Source of the DNA: an uncultured Hormoscilla sp.
Lineage (GTDB): Bacteria; Cyanobacteriota; Cyanobacteriia; Cyanobacteriales; Desertifilaceae
Assembly: GCA_963921275.4 (NCBI GenBank)
Contig: OZ001293.3
Span: 2,976,001-3,040,000, forward strand
Length of the DNA: 64,000 bases
Direction: 5' to 3'
Position numbers and translations under genes: made by a program. This document shows, piece by piece, positions 40,861 to 50,917 of the stretch. The stretch's first letter is position 1. The number at the start of each line of letters is the position of its first letter. The notes below the pieces were generated by a model, which was not told the origin of the DNA, did not search any database, and saw only the letters and a program-made list of their open reading frames with translations.

Positions 40861-43800
40861 CTACAGACCAATGGGGGTGAGGGTTAAGCCGGGGAACTCC
40901 CCATAAGTGGGGGCCAGTTCTAGAGCAAACATCACTTGAAATAGGGGACTGTAACTGGGGGAACGTTCCGGTTGCACAGCCTCTACTACTTTGTCAAAGG
41001 GAATATCCTGATGGCTGTAAGCATCCAGAGCCACCTGCCGCACCCGAGCGAGCAAATCTTGGAAACTGGCATTGCCTTCGATAGAGTTCGCAGCACCAAA
41101 GTATTTACAAAGAAGCCGATGAGGGATTCGGTCTGATGATTGCGGTTGGCAACGGGAATGCCGATAGGGATATCATCCTGAGAACTGTAGCGCGATAGCA
41201 GGACCGCAAAAGCCCCTAGCAAAGTCATAAACAAAGTGCTTTGGTTGGCCTGGGCCAAGGTTCGCAACTCTTGGGAGAGCGAGGCATCCAGTTGAAAAGG
41301 AACCCGTCCCCCTCGAAAGGTCTGTACTGCCGGACGGGGGCGATCGGTGGGTAAGTTGATGGGGGAGGAAATATCTGCAAGCTGCTGTTTCCAATAGTTG
41401 AGTTGAGTTTCGAGAAGGGATCCTGTTAGCCACTGACGCTGCCACACCGCATAATCGGGGTACTGAATCGGCAGGTCTGGAAGGGGAGAAGGTTGCTCGT
41501 TCGCAAAGGCAGCATAGAGAGTCGAGAGTTCCTGGAACAGCAGTTCCATTGACCAGCCATCCGAAACAATGTGGTGCAGGGTGAGGAAAAAGGCGTAGTT
41601 TTCTGGAGACCATTGCCAGAGGGAAACTCGCATGGGCTCGTCTCGTTCGAGGTCAAAGGGAGTTTGGGCTTCCGCCGTAGCTCGTTCTTGGAGAAACCGC
41701 TGGCGTTCTAATGGGCTATTTTCTATAGTTTGCAGGTTTAATTGAAATTTCTTTACCGGAGCGATCTCTTGGTGAGGAATGCCGTTAACTATTTGAATGC
41801 GAGTTCGCAGAATAGCATGACGGCAAATAATTTCTTGCAGTCCTCGCTCCAGGGCTGCTACATCCAGAAGCCCGGTAATTTCTAGGGCAACGGTAACATT
41901 ATAGGTGGCGTTGGGCGCTTCTTCGAGCCGATTGAGAAACCAAAGGCGAGTTTGGGCAAAGGAGAGGGGAAGGGGTTGCCCTACCGTTCCGGAAAAATCG
42001 GAGGCTGCCGGAATAATATCCGCTTTGGTCGTTTGTTCGCTATTGGCAATCAGAGCAGCAAAATCAGCTACTGTGGGAGATTCAAATAGGCTTCTGACGG
42101 GTAAGTCAACGGCAAATTTTTCTCGCAGTCGAGAGATTACTTTAATTACCAGCAGCGAATGACCTCCCAAAGCAAAAAAGTTATCGTGAATTCCGACTCG
42201 CTCTCGCGCCAAAACTTCGGTTATAATCTTGGCAATAACGGTTTCGGTGGGGGTGCGGGGGGGAACCAACTCGGTTTCCCGCTCTGCTTCGACATCGGGA
42301 AGGGGTAAAGCGCGGCGATCGATTTTGCCATTGGCAGTGAGGGAAAACTCGTCGAGCCAAACGATAGTATTTGGTCGCAGATAATCTGGGAGTTTTTGTT
42401 GCAGAAATTGGTTTAATTCTCCATATTCCCCATTTTCCATTCCCGTCGCATAAGCCACTAACGATTTATCTCCGAGACTATTTTCATGCACTATAACGAG
42501 TGCTTGCTTCACACCGGGATGTTGGCTCAGGACTGCTTCAATTTCCCCAGGCTCGATGCGAAAGCCTCTGATTTTAACTTGGCGATCGCTCCGTCCTAAA
42601 AACTCAATATTGCCATCGGGTAAATAGCGAACTAAGTCTCCGGTTTTGTAGAGGCGATCGCCCTCAACGAAAGGACTGGGTATAAACCGTTACCCATTCA
42701 ATTTGGGACGATTGAGATAGCCTCTGGCCACGCCATCGCCCCCGACGTAGAGTTCTCCTGCCACGCCAATAGGAACCGGCTGCTGTTGGGAGTCTAAAAT
42801 GTAGGCTCGGGTATTGGCAATGGGGCGACCGATGGGAATTGATTCTTTAATTCTCCCAGACCCAAAAAAAGAAGCATCAATTGGGTAACAACAGGTAAAA
42901 GTTGTATTTTCCGTCGGACCGTAACCATTTATAAGCTGACAGCGAGGTAACCCTTGGCGGCACGTCTCTACATGAGTTACCGACAACACATCTCCCCCTG
43001 CCATCAACAAACGCAAAGATTGCAAATCCTCCAACCCTTCATCGATCATTAAATGAAACAATCCGGCAGTCAGCCACAGAATCGTCACCTGATGTTGCCG
43101 CAGAATTTCCCCCAAAGCAGTTAACGACGGTTGCCGTTCGGGGCAGAGAACTAAACGGGCACCATTGAGCAAACTGCCCCAAATTTCCAAGGTCGCTGCA
43201 TCAAAAGAAACCGATGCTAGCTGGAGAAAAACATCATCGGGTTTGAATGAAGCATAATTGGTATTCTTGACGAGCCGCACGATATTCCGGTGAGCGACCG
43301 TAACTCCTTTCGATCGTCCGGTGGAGCCAGAAGTGTACATGACATACGCTAGAGAAGTTGCGGTAGTTGACGCGATCGCATTTTCTGTCGAGTAGCTGGC
43401 TATTTTCCCTTCAGCGGCATCTAAATCGATACAACTGGCAACCCCTGGGAAAAACTTGCTTTTATCCTTCTCAGTCAATATCGTTTCTAGCTGGGCATCT
43501 TCAACCATGAGAGCCAAACGATCGCTTGGATAAGTCGGATCTAGAGGCAGGTGTGATCCACCAGCTTTGAGAATTGCTAAAAGGGCGATGATTAGGTTGG
43601 GCGATCGCTCCAGACAAACTCCCACCAAACTCTCTACCCCAACCCCCACAGCTTGCAAGTAACGAGCGAGTCGATTGGCTTGTTCGTTCAACTCTGAATA
43701 TGTCAGGGTTTGCTCTCCAAATACGAGGGCGATCGCATCGGGAGTATTTTCGACTTGAGTTTCAAAAAGATGGTGAACGCAGGCATGGCGCGGGTAATCC

Positions 43801-46800
43801 GTTTCCGTTTGATTCCACTCAATCAATAATTGCTCTCGCTCCCATGGGCTCAAAAGAGGGAATTGAGCGATCGCCATTTCCGGATTTTCCGCGATCGCCC
43901 CCACCAGTCTCAGGAAGTGACCCGCCATCCGCTCCATGGTTGCCGCCGCAAACAAGTTAGCATTGTATTCTAAAGTCCCGACGAGACCCTCGTTATTTTC
44001 TCTGAGAGATAAGGTCAGGTCAAAAGTAGCTCCCGCCGTCGGCTTAAGAAAATCGAGCCGCTCCGTTTCCAGCTCTGGGAAGGTCAGAGTCTCCTGGGTG
44101 ACGTTTTGCAAGAGAAACATCACCTGAAAGACGGGGTTATAGTTCGGGTGACGCTGGATTTGTAGCGCTTCTACCAGGCGATCGAAAGGAACGTCGGCAT
44201 GGGCATGGGCATCTAAAGCTGTTTGCTGGACGCGATCGAGGAGAGTTAAAAAAGTTGGATTATCCGGCAGTTGAATTCGCAACGCCAAGGTACTGACAAA
44301 AAAGCCGATGAGTCCTTCGGTAATAGCCGGATTGCGGTTGGCAATCCCGGTGCCGATGACTATATCCTCCTGGTTGCTATAGCGAGAGAGCAAAACTGCC
44401 AAAGCCGTTAGGAGGGTAACAAAGAGAGTTGTTTGCGATTGGGAGCGCAGCGTTCGCTGGCTCAATGCCTTCAGCTTTTCGGTGGTTTCGCCATCGATTT
44501 TCACGGAGACGATACCGCTTTGAAAGCCTGCGTCGGCATTATTGCTGCGAGGAAAATCCGTCTGCAAATCCAAAAGTGGCGGTGCGCCGGCAAGTTGCGA
44601 TCGCCAGTAATCCAGTTGCTCTTCCACAACCTCCCCAGCCAAATATTGATGCTGCCAATGGGTATAATCCCCATATTGAACCGGCAGCGGAGGTAAAGGA
44701 GAAGCAGAATCTTGACGAAATGCCGTGTAGAGAACTGATAACTCTTTCAAGAAAACCTGTATCGACCAGTCATCGCTGATGATATGGTGCATTGTTATCA
44801 ACAGGTGATGCTCGCGATCGCTCAAACGAATCAGCACGATTTTTAACAAAGGAGGTCGAGTCAAATCGAAGACCCAACCCTGTACTTCCCTCCTAATTTC
44901 TTCGACTTTAGCACTGCGTTCTGTGGCTGGTAAGTCTTGTAAGTCTGAAATCTCCAGTGAAAATGGCACCCCGGGGGCGATCGCCTGGACGGTAACGCCA
45001 TCAACTACGTCAAAACTCGTTCGCAGAATTTCGTGCCGTTCTATAATAGCTTCAATTGCCCTTTCCAAACAACCGACATCAATTTTTCCCGTCAAACGAA
45101 ACCCGCGAAAGAGGTTGTAAATGGCCTTGTTGGTTTCTAGGCGATCGAGGAACCAGAGGCGCTGTTGTGCCAGGGAAAGGGGTATTTTAGTTTCCCGAAG
45201 AGTTGGCGTCGGGACTAAAGGAGGTAAAGATGTTTCTGTTTTCGCCGACTCTAGGTGTTTGGCAAGTTGGGCGATCGTCGGGGCAGCAAAAATAGTTTTT
45301 AGAGAGAGTTCGCTTTTAAATTTCTCGGAAATACGGGCTAAAACTCGGCTGGCATGAAGGGAATTTCCTCCCAAATCAAAAAAGTTATTTTCAACACCGA
45401 CCGCTTGCAGGTTCAGCACTTCAGACCAAATTTGCACCAATCTTTCTTCCGTAGCATTTCTGGGAGGGACGATATCCAGGTCTGAAGTAGATAAAATCTG
45501 GGGTTTGGAAAGCGATCGCCGATCGATTTTACCCGTCGCCGTTAAGGGCAGAAACTCCAACCAAAGGAAGTAAGCCGGGATTGCGTAATCGGGCAACCGA
45601 GCAGCCATTGCCTCCTTTAACTCCTTTGCTGTCGGTTTGTTTTCGGAATTAACAGCAGTGAGGTAAGCGACGAGGAGGCGATCGCCCACTACCCCACCCA
45701 CATCTGCCTGGGCCGCTACAACTGCCTCTCGAACGGACTCTAAGCTCAATAACGCTCCTTCTACTTCACTGGTTTCCACCCGATAGCCTCGGATTTTGAC
45801 CTGAAAATCTTTACGGCCTAGGTGCAGCAAACAGCCATCCGGTAATAACCGACCCAAATCACCTGTTTTGAAATAGCGGCGATCGCTATCTGAGAGAAAC
45901 ACTTGCTCCGTTAGTTCTGGTTGACACCAGTAACCCAAGGCCACTTGCCGAGAACTAACCACAATTTCTCCAACTTCTCCGGCGGGAACCTCCTGCCCGG
46001 ACTCATCCCAAAGCCAAACTTCCGTTCCCTCAACCCCATATCCCGCAGGCACCGTACTCCCCGTCAGCACCGTATGTTTTGTTATCGGAAATTGTCGCAC
46101 CGGACTAATCTCCGTGCCCCCCAGGTTCACCATTAAGGTACATCCAGAGGAAAAATGTTCCTGGAACAGTTCTGCATCCTGTCGGTAAACTGTTTCACTA
46201 CCTATTTGGATGAGTCGCAACTTGGGAAAATGCCCTTGTCCCTTTAACGTGGCAGCGAAGTGACGAAACAAGGTGGCCACCGCGAACATCACGGTAATCT
46301 CATTATCCTGCAACCACCGACCCAACTGGTGTAAACCAATTTCCTTCACATCTAGGGGCAGTAATGCGGCGCCATTCAACAAGGCGCAGTAAATATCTCG
46401 CACTGCACCACCGAAGGCCCCTGAGTACAACAGTGAAAAGCGATCCTGTTCGGTCATCGCCCCGCTGTTGGTATAGTTCCTGTATAGATTTAGGACATAC
46501 CGATGATTTTGCATCACCCCCTTGGGTCGTCCTGAGGAACCGGAGGTGTAAAGAATATAGGCCAAGTCATCAGGTTCTGATTTAATCTCCAGGTTCTCTT
46601 CTGATATTCCTCGTTCTCGGGTATCAAGCCACAAAACATCTCGGCCCGAAACCACCTGCTCGATATCTAAACCCTGTTGCTGGTGACCCCCGCTCAATAT
46701 CAGTTCTGCTCGTGCATCTTCCAGGATATTCTTGAGGCGAGACCCCGGCCAAGATACATCTAACGGCACGTAAAACTTTCCGGCCTTGAGTACCCCCAAC

Positions 46801-47057
46801 ATGGACGCAATCATTTCTGGTCCGGTTTCAAATAGGAGGGCGATCGGCTCTGCCCCAACACCCCGTTTTTCTATAATAGCTCTTGCTATCCGATTGGCCC
46901 AACCATTCAATTTCTTATAGGTTATGCAGCTATATTTGGTTTTTATTGCTACGCGATCTCCGTAGCAAATCACCTGCTCTTGAAACCTCTGGGTAATCGA
47001 TTGGTTAATAATATTCACACCAATGTTTTTAATTTTCGTTGATGCTGAGGCTATCAT
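40861..47057 (-). pseudogene. NRPS A-T-C-A-T-C; in-frame TAA at 42690-42692, frameshift near 41083, 3' deletion
   Basis: YTSGSSGRPKG and YTSGSTGRSKG (A); GGNSL and GGHSL (T); HHIISDD and HHIVSDG (C); the same frame continues after the stop as RFIPSPF..YKTGDL. Confidence 0.92.
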
Positions 47058-47151
47058 TCTCTCACCATCTCCTCATCATTATATCTGCAAATAATTAGAG
47101 CGTAAAATTAATATATAGACCTTCCCCCTCATGCTCAATACACCGCATTTA

Positions 47152-48129
47152 CTATTTTCCATTTAATAACGCTTCCTCCCGATCCCTAATCCACCTAAAT
47201 GCAGATCTTACCGGATTTATGACCTTTACCTGGGTTAACCAACCCCCTACTGCATTTATTTTACTTTTCTCTTGCAACCAATCCAGCAGTATAGGCACCT
47301 CTGTACAACCGGCGATCGCACAATCTATATCCCCAATCTCTGTTTGTATAGTGCTGTTACATTTATCTCTCAACAAGTTCAATAATTCTTCTCCTTTCCT
47401 ACAGGCATATTCTTTGTCAAAAGCTTTGACCCCCTGGTAAATTGCACTCATCAGAATTTCTTGCTCTCCCTCTGATAATTCTTTACACTTTATCCCCCGT
47501 TTTTCCAGAGGAGCGGAGTACACCCTGCCCATTCTTGTTGCACTGGTTCCTAATAGTAAGGGCTTATTGAGTTTCCTCTTTTCCATCTCCGCCATCACCG
47601 CCTCCACCATGGAAATATATTCTAACGAAGAAGCTACCTTTGGATAGCGTTTTTGCAAATCTGCTTTCACCATGGGCAAATAGTAATGAACTGCATTACA
47701 CATCAATATTATCATAATCTTTGCTGGCTTGCTCTGCAAATATTCTTTTGCCTGGACGATCGCCTCCGATACTCCTTCTACCAGGTATCTCTGGATCGGT
47801 AAACCATGAATCATCCGGTTTGGTTCCAGCATCACCGTCATCCGACTGGGTATCGAGCAAGCTTGATAGAGGACAACTTCCCGCCTAGTTCCAAAGTATT
47901 CACAGACTAAATCGAAACCTACTGCTCCTGCCAGCGGCCCCATTCCTCCTATGAGAATAATAGGGGGGCCATACGCTGCCGGGGGTTGGAAATACAAAAC
48001 CTCGACGGGATGGTCTCGATCCTCTGCACATTTTCCCCTCCCAGCTTGGTATTGTGAAGTTGCTCTCAAGCCCTTGATGTAGTCAGCAACAGCAGCACGG
48101 ACCTGAGATAACTCTGAAAATTTTTTCAA
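47152..48129 (-). CDS. aspartate/glutamate racemase family protein
   Basis: IGGMGPLAG, MCNAVH and AGCTEVP (both catalytic Cys present). Confidence 0.85.
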   Translation of the reverse strand: MKKFSELSQVRAAVADYIKGLRATSQYQAGRGKCAEDRDHPVEVLYFQPPAAYGPPIILIGGMGPLAGAVGFDLVCEYFGTRREVVLYQACSIPSRMTVMLEPNRMIHGLPIQRYLVEGVSEAIVQAKEYLQSKPAKIMIILMCNAVHYYLPMVKADLQKRYPKVASSLEYISMVEAVMAEMEKRKLNKPLLLGTSATRMGRVYSAPLEKRGIKCKELSEGEQEILMSAIYQGVKAFDKEYACRKGEELLNLLRDKCNSTIQTEIGDIDCAIAGCTEVPILLDWLQEKSKINAVGGWLTQVKVINPVRSAFRWIRDREEALLNGK

Positions 48130-48138
48130 GAAGCTACT

Positions 48139-49005
48139 TCAGCGAACCGCTGTGAATAAGGAATTTGTTGCTGCTGCATTTTTCTCCTGTTCCATTGCTG
48201 CCGTTAGAGACTCCATTACCTTCCCTACCCGATTTAAGTATTCCTCAAATATCTGCCTTACTTGTTGATAATCTATCTGGCTTTCCGTTGCCGCACAATA
48301 AGCATTTAGCGCCTTGGCCACTACTAAAAAGTGATCTACTTCCGTTTCCTCCGCCACATGGACATAAATATATTGCAATGCCTTTTCTCGATCTGAACCC
48401 GTGAGGTTATAGTGGCGATCGACGTATTCTGAAAAAGCTGAAAGGGCTATACTGTACTCAGCATGGTTGTATATTTCCGAGAACATATTGGTCAACAGTC
48501 CGGTCTTAATATCGGACACCACCATCTTCTGATAAATCCATCCTCCAAACTCTCGCGCTTCGGGAATACAGTATTTCTCTAATGACCAAGGGTAATCTCC
48601 CAGTAACGCCCTTGCCAAATCATTGAAAAGCTGAGCATGGGTTTCGCCACCATAATCTAACCCTAAATCTTCGTAGCTTGTTTCCGCATTATGGGCACTC
48701 GCTAACATCAATTGCCCATGACTCACTGACTCGGGACTGACATTCATCGCCAGCCTCTGTAGCCGACAAGATAATCCATATATCGCTAGCATCTTCAGAT
48801 GGGTTGCTTTCCAACTATTCAGGAACTGAGCTAATTGTTCTGAAGACCAACTGCATTCCGGCAGTAAACTAAAGCATCTCTCTATTTTATCTATTGAACT
48901 TTGCCCTGAGACTATACTCTCCTTCAATGCCTGGCTTAACTTTCGATTCCAAACCAAATCAGCCAGTTCACTTATATACTCATTTATTGTCTTTCTTCCC
49001 ATCAC
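48139..49005 (-). CDS. heme-oxygenase-like diiron oxidase/oxygenase (HDO) family protein
   Basis: Helical-looking sequence with ligand pattern EDLG..THAQLF, SE and HVAEETEVDH. Confidence 0.7.
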   Translation of the reverse strand: MMGRKTINEYISELADLVWNRKLSQALKESIVSGQSSIDKIERCFSLLPECSWSSEQLAQFLNSWKATHLKMLAIYGLSCRLQRLAMNVSPESVSHGQLMLASAHNAETSYEDLGLDYGGETHAQLFNDLARALLGDYPWSLEKYCIPEAREFGGWIYQKMVVSDIKTGLLTNMFSEIYNHAEYSIALSAFSEYVDRHYNLTGSDREKALQYIYVHVAEETEVDHFLVVAKALNAYCAATESQIDYQQVRQIFEEYLNRVGKVMESLTAAMEQEKNAAATNSLFTAVR

Positions 49006-49049
49006 TACTCTCCTCCTTACTTGTTTTTTTTCTGTACCGTCCCGAAGTA

Positions 49050-49078
49050 ATTTTAGAAGCCAACTCTTTCTTTGTCAA
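49050..49078 (-). promoter_or_regulatory. sigma70-like promoter of the HDO-racemase-NRPS operon
   Basis: TTGACA-N17-TAAAAT; AAGGAGG ribosome-binding site before the start. Confidence 0.65.
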
Positions 49079-50562
49079 GATTCTCGCTGCTTTTTTTCCT
49101 ATCTTCGGGGATCTCTCCCTTCTTGCCCCTACTCCTGCCGGCGTACTCCCGGCTAGGGCACTGTCTCCCGGATGAGGGCGAGGGCACCCAAAAGGCAGAT
49201 ATTTCCCTGTTTTGGGGGTCCCTCAGAGTACCATGCGGTCACAGCAGTTCCCCTAGCTCTAGGCCCGATGCAGTGGCCTCGCGACCCTCGATCGGGGGGG
49301 CGGCTACGATGTCCTCCAGGCATCGAAGTGCGTCTTCCAGACATCAAGATCCCAGGAGACATCGAGATCCCCCGAGACATCTAGCTGGACCGGGGACATC
49401 GAGCGCGCTTTAGACATCGAAGCCAAAGCGATCGCCCCTTAACGATAGATATATTTGATCGTGGAATAACTCAGTCATGCCCCTCTGTGACTGAGTTATT
49501 TTCTGGAGTGACTGAGTTATTTCTTGGGGTAATTGTTCAGTTCCTAAAGTAACTATTCAGTTCCTGGAGTAACTGGGTCATGCCACCGAGTACGAGAGTC
49601 ATGCCCTGGCGGCACAAAGCTTTGCTTTGACTTGAAACAATGTTACCAAGCGCGATCCGAGTCACTCTCAGGCTGGAAAAAGTCTCTCCAAGGCCGGAGT
49701 CAAATCCGTTCGCGCAGCGTGGCGCAGCCATGGCCAGAGTGAATATTCAGGCTGGACTGAGTGAGGACAAAACAAAATTCAGCTAGGTCATCACTCACAG
49801 ATGTTGTGAAGTGGTTATTTTGCTCTAACTGGATGGGTGCGGTCACAAGTAGTTGATAGCCGCATTGATGATGCATGTAATATAGCCCGCGCAGGCGGGC
49901 TTTGTTCCTGTAGTCGGGCTATGCACGGGTTCCCCAGAAGGCAGATATTTCCCTGTTTTGGGGGTTTTCTGTTGATTTTTTCAGGTTCCGAAACCCTGGG
50001 GTCCCGTCGCTTCTTAGAAGCCCGCAACTTCTTTGTCAAGCTTCTAATTGCTAGATCTTTGTCCTATCTTCGGGGATATCTCCCTTCTTGCCCCTACTCC
50101 TGCTGGCGTACTCCCTGCCAGGGCACTGTCTCCGGAAGCCTGGCGATCGCTACTCCCTTCCTGAATATTTCCATTTCTCTACGTTTTGTAAATTCGTAAC
50201 TTTACTTAACTGGCTCTTCTGGGTTTATAGTGGTAAATGTATTTTCTTATATATTTTTGCGAGATCGAAAAGGCTAAAACCCTTGATTTTGCGTAATCAT
50301 AAGTTTTGCTTATCACCCAAAACCCAGGAGACCCACTTAACTTAAGTTGCTACCTACAGAACCTCAGCACCCACATTCGCCAAAATTCGCGCCTCTTGCC
50401 TTGTAATTTACCTCAAAATGGCATTTTTCTAGATTAATTTGGCAAAAATTGCTGTCTTCCAGGTCAAAAATTTTATCTTGTTGCAACTTGGGTTTACTTA
50501 TCTTTGGAATTGAACTGCAATCGCCAAAGCCTTCTGGTGGGCAGTGCCCACCCTACAGATTA

Positions 50563-50772
50563 TCATTGATTTTGCAACCACTCGTACCATTCACTCAATC
50601 CTTTTCCAGTAATGGCAGAAACTTGGAATATGCGTATGTTATGATTGACTTGGCGGGCGTATTCCAAGCAGCGTTGGACATCGAATTGCACGTAGGGTAG
50701 TAAGTCAATTTTGGTGAGAATCATGACGTCGCTGGCCCGGAACATGTGGGGATATTTAATGGGTTTGTCCTC
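50563..50772 (-). pseudogene. hypB: C-terminal remnant of hydrogenase nickel-incorporation GTPase HypB
   Basis: [24 protein letters not shown] and VSAITGKG; the N-terminus is absent. Confidence 0.88.
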
Positions 50773-50917
50773 GCTTTCGCGCCTGGGAAGCACGCTTCGT
50801 GCTTACGGAGAACGACGGGAAGCACGAAGCGTGCTTGCTGCGAACGCGGACTTGGCAGTAGGGCCAGAAGATCTTAGAATAAATCCCATATGTCCCATCA
50901 TCTGTCCAGGATCTCTG

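Noticed and set aside
42690..42692. Programmed stop read-through in the NRPS
   Set aside because: A further frameshift and a 3' deletion downstream make an ordinary nonsense mutation the simpler explanation.
31903..49005. Guanitoxin gene cluster (HDO + MATE + methyltransferase)
   Set aside because: No PLP enzymes, Fe/2OG dioxygenase or kinase are present, and that pathway has no NRPS.
50711..50917. N-terminal extension of ValS
   Set aside because: It overlaps the antisense hypB remnant and a palindromic repeat; ValS-like sequence begins at ATG 50918.
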